From Candidatus Obscuribacteraceae bacterium (GTDB taxonomy: Bacteria; Cyanobacteriota; Vampirovibrionia; Obscuribacterales; Obscuribacteraceae), in contig JBGASG010000007.1 of the NCBI GenBank assembly GCA_044229845.1, forward strand, positions 128,001-192,000: DNA of 64,000 nt, given 5' to 3'. Of the stretch, positions 11,054 through 21,426 are shown one piece after another. The position numbers and the translations under genes were made by a program. Within the stretch, counting starts at the first letter, position 1, and every line of letters starts with the position of its first letter. The notes under the pieces were generated by a model. That model was not told where the DNA came from, searched no databases, and saw only the letters and a list, made by a program, of their open reading frames with translations.

Positions 11054-13672
11054 ATGAGTCAAAGTCGTCAGACTGTTGTTACTTCGTCGGAACAAGATGC
11101 GCAATGCAAAGCGAGAGCTGATCATCTTGTGCGGCAAGCCAGGCTGGCGGCGGCGATCTTCACGCAGTACTCGCAAGAAGATGTAGATCGGATCGTCAAA
11201 GCCATGGCGCTGGCAGCCATGAAAAATGCGCAGAAGCTTGGCTTTGCTGCCCATGAAGAAACCCGCATGGGCGTGCCTGAAGACAAACTCCTCAAGAACA
11301 TGGTGGCATCGGAGTTTCTCTACAGTCAGATTTATGACAAGAAAAGCGTCGGTGTGATTCGCGAATTCCCCGAAGACAATATGGTCGAAGTGGCTGAGCC
11401 GATCGGCGTGATCCTGGCTCTGGCTCCCGTGACTAACCCGACTTCCACGGTCATATTCAAGAGTCTGTGCGCTGCCAAAACTCGCAATAGCATCATATTT
11501 AGTGCCCACCTGATGGCCGCCAACAGCAGCAATCTGGCAGCGAAGATTGTCTACGAAGCGGCACTGGAAGCCGGTGCGCCCAAAGGCTTCATCACCTGGG
11601 TGGAGAAGTCTCCGCGCTTGCGTCGCGAGACCGAGTTGATGATGTCGCACCCGGAAGTCGATTTGATTTTTGCTACCGGCGGCACCGGCATGGTGCGCGC
11701 GGCGCACTCATCCGGCAAACCTGCGATCGGCGTCGGTGCCGGCAATACGCCCGTCTATATTCATAAGAGCGCCAACATCCGCGCTGCAGTCATGGATGTG
11801 ATCATCTCCAAGACTTTCGACAACGGCACCGAATGTCCTTCCGAACAAACAATCGTAATCGACAAAGAAATAGCGTCCGATGTGCTCAACGAGTTTCAGC
11901 GCATGCGCTGCCACGTTTGCACGCCGGAAGAAACGGCGAGAGTAGCGGAAACTATTATTGATCCGCGCACCAAAGGCATGAACTATAAATTTGTCGGGCA
12001 GCCGGCTAAGTTCATTGCCGATGCCGCCGGCGTGACCGTGCATCCCGAAACCAAGATTTTGCTCTGCCCGATGGAAGGCGACATTCGCAATCATCCTCTT
12101 TCGGTGGAGAAACTGATGCCGGTGCTCAGCGTCGTTCTTGTTGATACTGTGGATGATGGCATCAACCGCGCCCTCGACATCAACTATGCCGGCGGCACCG
12201 GACACACATCCGGTATATTCGCCAACGACGATGAAGTAATTATCAAGTTTGCTGAGGCGATCAACGCCGGGCGCGTGATCGTCAACTCCCCGACCTCGAT
12301 TGGCGGGCTGGGCGGTGTTTATAACAATCTCAACACCACCTTGAGTTTCGGCTGCGGCACCGGCGGCGGTAACATCACAACCGACAACGTTGGCTACAAA
12401 AATCTGCTCAACTACAAACGCGTCCCCAAACGCAAAAACTTCTCGCTCAGTTTCCAGACAACCAAGAACATCTATATAAATCCGGGCAGTCTGGATCACT
12501 TGCGCAGCCTGCGCACGAAGTCGGCGTTCGTGGTCACTTCGCCATCGTCGGCTACCCGCGGACATTTATCGATGATGATGGAGCGACTGCCTTCCGATTG
12601 CCGCGTTGACGTGTTCAGTCAAGTCGGTCCGGAACCGGACTGGCAAACCATCGAGAAAGCTTTGAATATGATGCGCGCCTGCCAGCCCGATACAATCATC
12701 GCCCTCGGTGGCGGGTCGGTGCTGGATGCGGCCAAGATCATGCGACTCTTCTTCGACTGGCCCGACCTCAAACTCGATCAGGTGTCGGTGCCCTTCCTCG
12801 ATTATCGGCATCGCGTCGCCCGTTATCCCAAAGACGTGCGCACGCAGTTGGTAGCCATCCCGACCACCTCCGGCACCGGGTCTGAAGTGACACCATTTGC
12901 GGTGCTGAAAGACAATCACGTGAAAGTGTCGCTTGTTGATGAAACGCTGCTTCCGGATGTGGCGATTATCGACGCTCAACTCACCAAGTCGCTGCCCAGG
13001 CAGCTGACTGCCGATACTGCTATTGATGCTCTGACGCACGGGCTGGAGTCGCTGGTTTCGATCTTCTCGTCCGACTACACGGACGGGCTGGCTCTGGAAG
13101 CCATGCGCCTGGTTTTCGAGGCGCTGCCGGAGGCCATGAAGAGCGGCAACAATGTTCTCTGGCGCCACAAGCTGCACAACGCGGCCTGCCTGGCCGGGAT
13201 GGCGATCGGCAATGCCTCGGTCGGCATCAACCACGCACTGGCGCATGCTCTCGGTGCGCAGTTCGACATTCCCCACGGCAGAGCCAACGGCGTCTTCTTG
13301 CTCTCCACGATCGATTACAACTCGGACATCCCCAGGAAGATTACGCCGCACTCGACCTACCCGGACTACGTCGCCGAGAAGAAGTATGCGCGTGCAGCCC
13401 AGTTTTTGGGGTTGACCAGCAGTGCCCAGACCCCGACGTCCGAACAGGTGATGCTGCTCAAACGAGCGGTGTATGATCTCTTGCTCTCCGTCGGACAGCC
13501 GACTTCGATCAGCGAACTCGGCATAGCTAAGGAAGCGCTGGAAGCCGCGATGCCGGCTCTGGTGCAGGCCGCATTTGAAGATATGAGCGTACGGACCAAT
13601 CCGCGCGCGCCCCAGATAGATGAAGTGGTTAGTTTGTTTGCGGGTGCCTTTGCGCCTCGCGAACGTCCATGA
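11054..13672 (+). CDS. adhE: Bifunctional acetaldehyde-CoA/alcohol dehydrogenase
   Basis: PVTNPTST, ATGGTGMV, GVGAGNTP, KTFDNGTECPSEQ; Fe-ADH half with GGGSVLDAAK, PTTSGTGSEVT, HALAH and HG; alternative GTG start at 11045. Confidence 0.95.
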   Translation: MSQSRQTVVTSSEQDAQCKARADHLVRQARLAAAIFTQYSQEDVDRIVKAMALAAMKNAQKLGFAAHEETRMGVPEDKLLKNMVASEFLYSQIYDKKSVGVIREFPEDNMVEVAEPIGVILALAPVTNPTSTVIFKSLCAAKTRNSIIFSAHLMAANSSNLAAKIVYEAALEAGAPKGFITWVEKSPRLRRETELMMSHPEVDLIFATGGTGMVRAAHSSGKPAIGVGAGNTPVYIHKSANIRAAVMDVIISKTFDNGTECPSEQTIVIDKEIASDVLNEFQRMRCHVCTPEETARVAETIIDPRTKGMNYKFVGQPAKFIADAAGVTVHPETKILLCPMEGDIRNHPLSVEKLMPVLSVVLVDTVDDGINRALDINYAGGTGHTSGIFANDDEVIIKFAEAINAGRVIVNSPTSIGGLGGVYNNLNTTLSFGCGTGGGNITTDNVGYKNLLNYKRVPKRKNFSLSFQTTKNIYINPGSLDHLRSLRTKSAFVVTSPSSATRGHLSMMMERLPSDCRVDVFSQVGPEPDWQTIEKALNMMRACQPDTIIALGGGSVLDAAKIMRLFFDWPDLKLDQVSVPFLDYRHRVARYPKDVRTQLVAIPTTSGTGSEVTPFAVLKDNHVKVSLVDETLLPDVAIIDAQLTKSLPRQLTADTAIDALTHGLESLVSIFSSDYTDGLALEAMRLVFEALPEAMKSGNNVLWRHKLHNAACLAGMAIGNASVGINHALAHALGAQFDIPHGRANGVFLLSTIDYNSDIPRKITPHSTYPDYVAEKKYARAAQFLGLTSSAQTPTSEQVMLLKRAVYDLLLSVGQPTSISELGIAKEALEAAMPALVQAAFEDMSVRTNPRAPQIDEVVSLFAGAFAPRERP

Positions 13673-13680
13673 GGTGAATA

Positions 13681-13977
13681 ATGCAAACTCAACAACGATT
13701 CGCGATGCCTAGAGACCTGGCCAAAGCCATTGACGAAGTCGATCGCGCACTGGCAGCCGACAACAACGGCGTAGTGCTGGATTTCTCCGCCTGCGAATTC
13801 ATTTCGGTAGACGGACTGGAGTGGCTTGAAGAGCTGCTCTTGCGGTCGGAGTCGTACAACGCGCCGGTCAACTTCGTGAACGTGCCACCAAAACTGTACA
13901 AAGTATTCAAAGTGGCCAAAATCGACAGCGTGCTCAAGGCTTGCGGCGGCGCCGCCAACCAGGGCCCTGCCTGTTAA
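13681..13977 (+). CDS. STAS-domain protein
   Basis: VVLDFSACEFISVDGLEWL...NVPPKLYKVFKVAKID; GAGG RBS; 8 bp after adhE. Confidence 0.85.
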   Translation: MQTQQRFAMPRDLAKAIDEVDRALAADNNGVVLDFSACEFISVDGLEWLEELLLRSESYNAPVNFVNVPPKLYKVFKVAKIDSVLKACGGAANQGPAC

Positions 13978-13998
13978 CGAAGAGCGTTCTCTCAGGCG

Positions 13999-14721
13999 AT
14001 GCCTCTTAGCGAACAACTAGTCGGAGCCAAACTGCTCCGGCGGTATAAGCGTTTTCTGGCCGACGTGGAATTACCCGACGGTCAGGTTATTGTAGTGCAC
14101 TGTCCCAACCCCGGCAGCATGCTGGGGTTGTGTGAAACTGGTGCTCGGGTGTATCTGAGGCCCGCTCAGGCGCAGCGCAAGTTGCCCTTCAGCTGGGTGC
14201 TGATTGGCGTTGGCGATTGTCTGGTCAATGTCGACACGCTGATGGCCAACAAGGTGATGTTCGAGGCGTTGAAACAGCAAATAGTGCCTGACCTGGCGCA
14301 GTATGACTGTATTGAGAAAGAGAAGACTTATGGTGACAGCCGATTTGATTTCCTGCTAACCCACTCGAGCAACCAGCAGCCGGCTTGCTATCTGGAAGTA
14401 AAATCGACGACGCTCGTAGACGGCAAGACTGCTATGTTTCCTGACGCCAAAACGGCCCGCGGGCGCAAGCATTTACAAGGTCTTGTCCAGGCAAAACGAG
14501 CCGGCTTGCGAGCGGTGCAGTTCTTCTCAATCGCGCGCGGTGACGTGGAAGAGTTCAGTCCGGCCACTCATATCGATCCCGATTACAGCCAGGCGCTCGT
14601 CGAAGCGGCGGCAGCCGGCGTCGAGGTGATGGCCTGGACCACAGATATTTCTTGGGATAACGGGCAGGCAACCTTCATGCTGGGACGACCGGTGCCGGTG
14701 TGCCTGCCCAAACTTCCTTAG
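13999..14721 (+). CDS. sfsA: DNA/RNA nuclease SfsA (sugar fermentation stimulation protein)
   Basis: RRYKRFLADV, HCPNPGSMLG, SRFDFLL, YLEVKS, FPDAKTARGRKHL. Confidence 0.96.
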   Translation: MPLSEQLVGAKLLRRYKRFLADVELPDGQVIVVHCPNPGSMLGLCETGARVYLRPAQAQRKLPFSWVLIGVGDCLVNVDTLMANKVMFEALKQQIVPDLAQYDCIEKEKTYGDSRFDFLLTHSSNQQPACYLEVKSTTLVDGKTAMFPDAKTARGRKHLQGLVQAKRAGLRAVQFFSIARGDVEEFSPATHIDPDYSQALVEAAAAGVEVMAWTTDISWDNGQATFMLGRPVPVCLPKLP

Positions 14722-14939
14722 CGCGTTACAACAGAGTGTTGAAAGTCAAGAGTGTTGAAGCATAAAGGATAATCAGGACTCCCCCGACGGTGGCACCACT
14801 TTCGGTGCCGATACGGTGGGCGCGCGTGAAAACGAAAACCACGACCATGGTCGTGCGCGCGCCATCTGCTGTAAGTCTGGCGAAAGGCTGAGTAGATTAG
14901 AACGGCTATAATGAGTCCAGGTGTCGCGTTGGTGGACGC

Positions 14940-16556
14940 TTGACTGACTTGTTACTAGCACGAAGAACTGCATCAATCGTTGTGGCCGCGGCTATCTCGG
15001 CTGTCTTCGCCTGTGGAGCGGCGACTGATATTGCGCAGGCCGAAGGCGTAGCAAGCAGCTACCACGGTGTCGAGCCCGTCGGTCCATATGGAGAAACGAT
15101 TCCGCTTTCGGCACTCGGAAAGCAGTCGATCGGACTTTCGGTGCAGGCGGTGAAGAAGGTTCCGCTGCCTCTACTGATACAGGTGCCTGGCAAGATCGAA
15201 GCGATTCCCACGCGCAACTACGATCAACACGCACCACTTTCCGGTCGCATCACAGCCGTCGATGTCTGGTTGGGAGAGATAGTCAAATCCGGCGACATCA
15301 TCTGCACGGTCGAGTCGCCCGACATGAATCAGTTGGCCGCCCAGTTGTTGCAGCAAAAAACAGAGCTGGAAGCTGATTATGACAAGCAGAAAGCCGATCT
15401 CGATGAAGAGGTAAGTCAGGCTGAGGCCAGGTTGGAGCTGGCGCAAGCGGCCTACAGACGCGCTCTCAAGCTGGCCAGCGAACGCATTGCTGCTCAGCGT
15501 GACGTTGAAATCACCAAAGCCGACATCAGCGTTACGGAGATGCGTTTGAAGACTGCCAAGCAAAACCGCGAAGTGATTTTGAAGGCGGCGCGCGAAAAGA
15601 TACCTCTGACTTTGCGGCCTCTGAGGCAGCAATTGAAGATGCTCGGCGTTGATGAGAATCGCATTGAAAGAATGGTCCAGGAGGGAACGACCGAGACCTC
15701 TGTGCCTGTGCGCTCGGCTCGCTCTGGGGCTGTGTCGGATTTGAAAGCCAGCGCCGGACAGAGTATCGACCCCAACGATCAGCTTTGTACGGTCACGGAT
15801 CTGACGCGGGTCTGGGCAACAGCCAATGTCTATGAAGATGACATGTCGCGCATGCGCGTGGGACAGAGAGTGCACATTCGGGTGCCCGCCCTCGGTGCTC
15901 AGCGCATCGACGGGCAATTGACCTACATCGGTACGCAAGTTGATGTTTCCACCCGCACTCTGCCGGTGCGCGCCGAGATCGACAATCCTAAGCTGGCCCT
16001 GAAGCCGGACATGTTTGCCGAGTTGTCGATTGAAACCGGCGCGCCGGGATTTTCCATTCTTTTGCCGCGCGATGCGGTCGTGCAGCGGCTGGGACACGCA
16101 CTGGTCTTTGTGGAGGCCAAAAACGGCTATCAACCATATTCGGTGCGCCTGGGGCGGAGCTTCGGGGACAGTGTGGAGATCACCGAGGGGCTGAATCCAG
16201 GTCAAAGAGTTGTGGTGCAAGGAGCCTTTCAGCTGGGCGCAGAACTGCTGCAAGTGCAGGGCGGCGGCAGCATGTTCCAACAACCCACGGAAGGCGGCGA
16301 CCGCTTCGCCGAAGAGCACGGCGATGAGCGTCCCACTGGTATGACGGTGACGCCGCTGGGCATCGGCGTGGTGATTGCCGCGGCGTTTCTTTTCGGATTT
16401 GTGGTAGCGGCGCTGTTTGCGCGGCGTGCCAGTCTGCAGCAGCGCTTTTCGCGCCCCGGTGACGGTACAGTCATCGGCGGCGGCAATGGCGCATCGGCGG
16501 CGAATGATTTGGAATCCGGACGGGCCGGCACCAAGCATGGTGGCGCAGACGACTGA
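14940..16556 (+). CDS. RND efflux periplasmic adaptor (CusB/CzcB-like) with an extra C-terminal TM segment
   Basis: APLSGRI, DLTRVWATANVYE, TRTLPVRAEIDNP, LKPDMFA, VEITEGLNPGQRVVVQGAF; TTG start uncertain. Confidence 0.9.
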   Translation: MTDLLLARRTASIVVAAAISAVFACGAATDIAQAEGVASSYHGVEPVGPYGETIPLSALGKQSIGLSVQAVKKVPLPLLIQVPGKIEAIPTRNYDQHAPLSGRITAVDVWLGEIVKSGDIICTVESPDMNQLAAQLLQQKTELEADYDKQKADLDEEVSQAEARLELAQAAYRRALKLASERIAAQRDVEITKADISVTEMRLKTAKQNREVILKAAREKIPLTLRPLRQQLKMLGVDENRIERMVQEGTTETSVPVRSARSGAVSDLKASAGQSIDPNDQLCTVTDLTRVWATANVYEDDMSRMRVGQRVHIRVPALGAQRIDGQLTYIGTQVDVSTRTLPVRAEIDNPKLALKPDMFAELSIETGAPGFSILLPRDAVVQRLGHALVFVEAKNGYQPYSVRLGRSFGDSVEITEGLNPGQRVVVQGAFQLGAELLQVQGGGSMFQQPTEGGDRFAEEHGDERPTGMTVTPLGIGVVIAAAFLFGFVVAALFARRASLQQRFSRPGDGTVIGGGNGASAANDLESGRAGTKHGGADD

Positions 16557-19500
16557 TGCTGAACGGACTTATCGACTGGTCTGCTCGCAATCGGTTGGTG
16601 GTTCTGGTCGTGGCTGTTTGTCTGACTGTCTTCGGTGTGATTCAGACGTCGCAAGCCGACGTCGATGTGCTGCCTGAATTCGCACCGCCGTTTGTCGTCG
16701 TGCAGACGGAAGCCCCCGGGATGGTGGCAGAGCAGGTGGAACAGCTGGTGAGCGTTCCCCTCGAATCGGCGATCAACGGCACGCCTGGGGTGACGCTGGT
16801 CAAGTCGGTTTCTCAAATCGGCGTCTCACAGATTATGGTGATCTTCAAGTATGGAACCGATCCTTATATAGCCCGCCAACTGGTCAACGAAAAGATTCAG
16901 CTGGCGGTGCCGCGTTTGCCGCACGATGTCTCAACGCCGGGCATGCTGCCCGTCATGTCAGCCGTCGGCGATATTTTGAAATTGGGGCTGACAGCTAACC
17001 GCACCAGCCCCATGGAACTGAGAACGATTGCCGACTGGGAGATTCGCAACCGTCTGCTTTCCGTGCCTGGTGTGGCGCGGGTGCTGGTCATGGGTGGAGA
17101 CGTTAAACAGTTTCAGGTGCTGATCGACCCCGATAAACTGAAGTCGTTCAAAGTGACGCTCGAACAGGTGCGCACTGCCGTCGAGCAGTCAAACACAGTC
17201 TTGCCGAGCGGGTTTCTGGTCACACCCGACAAACAATTTTCGATTCGCGGGGTGGGCAGAGTAACCAATATCGACGATTTGCGCAACTCCGTTGTCGTCA
17301 GCAGAAATGGAACACCGGTGTTGCTCAGGCACCTGGCTCAGGTCGACGTCGGTCCGGCGTTCAAAGTGGGCAATGCCGTGATCAACGGTTTGCCCGGCGT
17401 CGAGATGGTAATCAGCAAGCAGCCCGGCGTCAACACTCTAGATGTGACGCGCCGGGTGGAGGCAACGCTGGCCGATTTGAAACCGGGGTTGCCCGACGAT
17501 ATCAAGTTTCACTATCTCTTCCGGCAGGCAAACTTTATCGAGAAGGCAATCGGCAATGTGCTGGTCGCCATCGCTACCGGCGGTGTGCTGGTGGTGCTCG
17601 TCTTGCTGGCGTTTCTCATGAACTGGCGCACCGCTTTCATAAGCCTCACAGCCATACCGCTGTCGTTGCTGACTGCGGTTCTTGTCATTCAGGCGATGGG
17701 AGGCACCATCAACACGATGACCCTCGGAGGGCTGGCGATTGCGGTGGGCGAAGTGGTGGACGATGCCATCGTCGATGTGGAGGCTGTCTACCGACGATTG
17801 CGGGAGTATCGTCTCAGCGGCGAAAGAGTCTCGCCTCTCAAGGTAATCGTCGGTGCCTGCCGCGAAGTACGCTCATCAGTCGTCTACGCGACATTTATTG
17901 TGGCGCTGGTCTTCATGCCGGTTTTCTTCTTGTCCGGCACGGAAGGGAGAATTTTCACTCCGCTGGGAGTTGCATACGTGGTGGCAACCGTGTCCAGCTT
18001 GTTGGTGGCGCTGACGGTGACGCCGGCGCTGTGCTCGTTGCTCCTGGGACGAGAGCGCTACGTGCCGCCGGCTGAGCCGCCCGTGGCTGCGGTGGTTCGC
18101 CGGGTCTATGGTGCTGTTCTGGAAAGGGTGCTGGCTTTTCCGCGTCTGGTGACGGCGGTGGCGGTAGTTGTCTTCATCGTCGCGGCGTTGCTGCTGCCTT
18201 TCATGGGACAGACCTTCTTGCCCGAGTTTCGCGAGGACAACTTGATCATTTCCACGGTCGGACTTCCCGGTCAGAGCCTGGAAGCCACTACGCGCATGGG
18301 TATTGCGGTCGAGAAAGAGCTGCTCAAGCACGAAGATGTAGTGGCGGTCGGGCAGCGAGCTGGACGTGCGGAGTTAGATGACGATGCCGGCGGTCCCAAC
18401 TTCAGTGAGTTCGATGTGCAACTGCGCGAGGACAAGCGGGGACTGACCAGTATTCTGAACGATATCCGCACCCACATGAACGAGCTGCCCGGAGTCGCCT
18501 ATGACGTCGGCTCCTTCATCGAGCATCGCATGGATGATGTTTTGTCTGGTGGCACTCGCGCCGCGATTGCCGTCAAGATCTTCGGCCCTGATCTCAAAAC
18601 GCTGCGCATGCTCGCTGACCAGGTAACGGCGGAGATGAAAACAGTGCCGGGAGCGGTTGACGTGCGACCCGAGTCGCAGGTGCAGGTGCCGGAGGTGGTG
18701 GTGCGCATCAATCGCGAGGCGGCCTCGCGTTATGGCCTCAACTCGTACGACTTTGCGCGCGACCTGGAAACCGCTTTCAACGGCGCGGTTGTTTCGCAAG
18801 TACTGGAAGGCGGCAAGCTCTTCGGTCTGAAGGTGATGCTCAATGAGGAGTCCCGGCACAACATAGATCTTTTGAAGAGCACGTTGTTCATGACGCCCAC
18901 CGGCGTGGTCGCGCCGCTTTCTATGGTCGCGGATGTGAGCATCGGCGAAAGTCCCAATGCCATCATCAGAGAGCACGTCTCGCGCCGGATTGTGGTGCAG
19001 GCCAACACTTCCGGGCGCGACATGGTTGGTATCGTCAATGATGCGCGGGCTCGGATTGAAAAGAAAGTGACGCTGCCGCCGGGTTATCACATCGAGTATG
19101 CCGGCGAGTATGCGGCCCAGCGCGACGCCAGCCGTCAACTGCTTTCGCTCTCGTTGTTGGTGCTGACCGGTATCCTGATCTTATTGCGGCAGGGACTTGG
19201 TTCGTGGCGCGCGGCGATCCTCGTAGCCAGCAATCTGCCGATGGCCATGATCGGCGGCATCATTGCCGTCGCGCTGACGGGTAACGTGTTAAGTATCGGT
19301 TCTTTGATAGGCTTCATCAGCCTCTTCGGGATATCGACACGCAATAGCTTGCTGCTGGTGACGGCTATCAATCAACTGCGCGAAGAGGGCATGGCCTATC
19401 AGGAAGCTGTGTTCACCGGAGCCCAAGAACGTGTGTCGGCAGTGCTTATGACGGCGTTGACGGCCTCGCTGGGCATGTTGCCCCTCGCCATCATGGGTGG

Positions 19501-19666
19501 TAGCGGGCGCGAACTGGAGCAACCACTGGCGGTGGTAATCGTCGGCGGTATGGCATCGAGCACAGCCCTGACTCTGCTGGTGATTCCGGCTCTCTTCCAG
19601 ATGTTTCGTCCGACCACTTCAGAAGTTTCTCCGCCGACTGCACAACGAAGCGATCTCTTGCGGTAA
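16556..19666 (+). CDS. Heavy-metal efflux RND permease (CusA/CzcA family)
   Basis: VDVLPEF, INTMTLGGLAIAVGEVVDDAIVDVE, VLMTALTASLGMLPL; TGATG overlap with the adaptor gene. Confidence 0.95.
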   Translation: MLNGLIDWSARNRLVVLVVAVCLTVFGVIQTSQADVDVLPEFAPPFVVVQTEAPGMVAEQVEQLVSVPLESAINGTPGVTLVKSVSQIGVSQIMVIFKYGTDPYIARQLVNEKIQLAVPRLPHDVSTPGMLPVMSAVGDILKLGLTANRTSPMELRTIADWEIRNRLLSVPGVARVLVMGGDVKQFQVLIDPDKLKSFKVTLEQVRTAVEQSNTVLPSGFLVTPDKQFSIRGVGRVTNIDDLRNSVVVSRNGTPVLLRHLAQVDVGPAFKVGNAVINGLPGVEMVISKQPGVNTLDVTRRVEATLADLKPGLPDDIKFHYLFRQANFIEKAIGNVLVAIATGGVLVVLVLLAFLMNWRTAFISLTAIPLSLLTAVLVIQAMGGTINTMTLGGLAIAVGEVVDDAIVDVEAVYRRLREYRLSGERVSPLKVIVGACREVRSSVVYATFIVALVFMPVFFLSGTEGRIFTPLGVAYVVATVSSLLVALTVTPALCSLLLGRERYVPPAEPPVAAVVRRVYGAVLERVLAFPRLVTAVAVVVFIVAALLLPFMGQTFLPEFREDNLIISTVGLPGQSLEATTRMGIAVEKELLKHEDVVAVGQRAGRAELDDDAGGPNFSEFDVQLREDKRGLTSILNDIRTHMNELPGVAYDVGSFIEHRMDDVLSGGTRAAIAVKIFGPDLKTLRMLADQVTAEMKTVPGAVDVRPESQVQVPEVVVRINREAASRYGLNSYDFARDLETAFNGAVVSQVLEGGKLFGLKVMLNEESRHNIDLLKSTLFMTPTGVVAPLSMVADVSIGESPNAIIREHVSRRIVVQANTSGRDMVGIVNDARARIEKKVTLPPGYHIEYAGEYAAQRDASRQLLSLSLLVLTGILILLRQGLGSWRAAILVASNLPMAMIGGIIAVALTGNVLSIGSLIGFISLFGISTRNSLLLVTAINQLREEGMAYQEAVFTGAQERVSAVLMTALTASLGMLPLAIMGGSGRELEQPLAVVIVGGMASSTALTLLVIPALFQMFRPTTSEVSPPTAQRSDLLR

Positions 19667-19726
19667 ACTCAGACTGTGGCTTGCTGAGCGCGTATATGCT
19701 CGTGATATAGAACAGGATGAGAGCCC

Positions 19727-19936
19727 ATGGAAGAAACACCGAGCGTTCCGGATCACTTCACGTACAGCGGATTGTTTGACGAAGTGACCAATCGTCCCAC
19801 GCGCGGCCGCAGCTATGAAGATGCCTTGTACTATGTTCAGCTAACCGATCAATTGATGATGCTGATTGATGAGATGGAACGCGAACGCGTTGCTCATCGG
19901 CGCAACACCTCGACGAAAAAGCAGTTTCCGGAATAA
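19727..19936 (+). CDS. Small hypothetical protein
   Basis: 69-aa ORF filling an intergenic gap; purine-rich upstream region. Confidence 0.5.
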   Translation: MEETPSVPDHFTYSGLFDEVTNRPTRGRSYEDALYYVQLTDQLMMLIDEMERERVAHRRNTSTKKQFPE

Positions 19937-20187
19937 CCCGTTGGTACTGCGCGTGGTGCAACGACGGCGCGCATCTGCAGCCGAAAGCGGATCTAGCCGG
20001 CGCTGTCTCGAAGAGATCGTGGAGGGAAAAGCTGCGCCGGCAGCGCTTGACTGCCCCGTGCTCCTGTCGCGTGTCTAAGGGATAGGCGTGACACTATGAA
20101 GGAAGCCTTTATGTTATATAAAACCGTTGTCATATGGTGTATAAAACGTCCAAGATAGGACGTAATTGCAGTTTTCGGGAGCTTCGT

Positions 20188-21324
20188 ATGACCAAGGGCG
20201 GGCTTGAGGACGTAGTCGCAACAGATTCAGCCATCTGTTTCGTGGATGGCAAAGAAGGGCGACTGATTTATCGTGGATACGACATACGTGATTTGGCTGA
20301 GCATTCGAGCTTTGAAGAAGTCGTGTACTTGCTGATGTTCGGCAGACTGCCCACGAAGGGCGAGCTGGACAGCCTGCAAAAGGAATTGCGCCTGCACCGC
20401 CAGCTGCCGGCAGATGTAGTGACTGCGATGAAGCGTTTTCCCAAAGCGGCTTTGCCCATGGAAGTGCTGCGCAGTGTCGTCTCCATGCTTTCAATGTACG
20501 ACCCGGACGGTGACGACAACTCCCGCGAGGCCAATATTCGCAAGGCCACACGACTCTTGGCCCAGATGCCGACGGTCATCGCTCATTGGGACAACATCCG
20601 CAACGACCGCGAGCCGATTGCTCCTCTGGCAGAAGGCAACACCGCCTTCAACTTCCTGTACATGCTCAAAGGCAATAAGGCTCAAGAGCTGGAAGCGCGT
20701 TCGCTCGATGTAGCCCTGATTCTGCATGCCGACCATGAATTGAACGCCTCGACGTTTGCGGCGCGCGTCGCTGCCGGCACCGAGACGGACATGCATTCGG
20801 CGATCACTGCTGCGATCGGCACCCTGAAGGGACCGCTGCATGGCGGTGCCAACCAGGAAGTGATCAAAATGCTGCTCAAGATTGGCGACGAGGCCAAGCT
20901 GGAGTCCTTCATCAAGAATGCTTTTGCCGAGCACAAGAAAATCATGGGCTTTGGACATCGTGTTTACAAGACGGACGATCCTCGCGCCGCCTTCCTCAAA
21001 CAGATGTCGAAAGAGCTGGGCGAACGTCACGGCGAATTGAAATGGTACAACATGTCGGTGCGCATCGCCGAGCTGGTGATGCAAGAGAAGAAACTCTATC
21101 CGAACGTCGACTTCTTCTCGGCATCCGTCTATTACATGCTGGAGATCCCGGTGGACCTCTATACGCCGATCTTCGCCATCAGCCGCATGGCTGGTTGGGC
21201 AGCGCACGTCCTCGAACAACTGAGCAACAACCGGTTGATTCGCCCACGCGCCGAGTATGTCGGAGCGTCGGACCTGAAGTACGAACCGATCGAGCGCCGC
21301 GAAGCGGTTGCTGCTAAGGGCTAA
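20188..21324 (+). CDS. gltA: Citrate synthase
   Basis: GRLIYRGY, LHADHELNASTF, GPLHGGAN, GFGHRVY, DPRA, PNVDF; GGGAG RBS before ATG 20188. A 2-methylcitrate synthase role is not excluded. Confidence 0.93.
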   Translation: MTKGGLEDVVATDSAICFVDGKEGRLIYRGYDIRDLAEHSSFEEVVYLLMFGRLPTKGELDSLQKELRLHRQLPADVVTAMKRFPKAALPMEVLRSVVSMLSMYDPDGDDNSREANIRKATRLLAQMPTVIAHWDNIRNDREPIAPLAEGNTAFNFLYMLKGNKAQELEARSLDVALILHADHELNASTFAARVAAGTETDMHSAITAAIGTLKGPLHGGANQEVIKMLLKIGDEAKLESFIKNAFAEHKKIMGFGHRVYKTDDPRAAFLKQMSKELGERHGELKWYNMSVRIAELVMQEKKLYPNVDFFSASVYYMLEIPVDLYTPIFAISRMAGWAAHVLEQLSNNRLIRPRAEYVGASDLKYEPIERREAVAAKG

Positions 21325-21426
21325 TTGCTGACCAGCGCGCCAGTCGCGCTGCCGGTCTCAGGGGCTCTCAAACTGCACCAGATATGGTGCAGTTTGTTCG
21401 ACATCACGCCTGTCTACGATGCCTGC

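Noticed and set aside
14792..14809. GGCACC/GGTGCC hairpin resembling the 3' hairpin of a Cas9 tracrRNA
   Set aside because: Six-bp stem only; no anti-repeat, array or cas9/IscB/TnpB gene nearby
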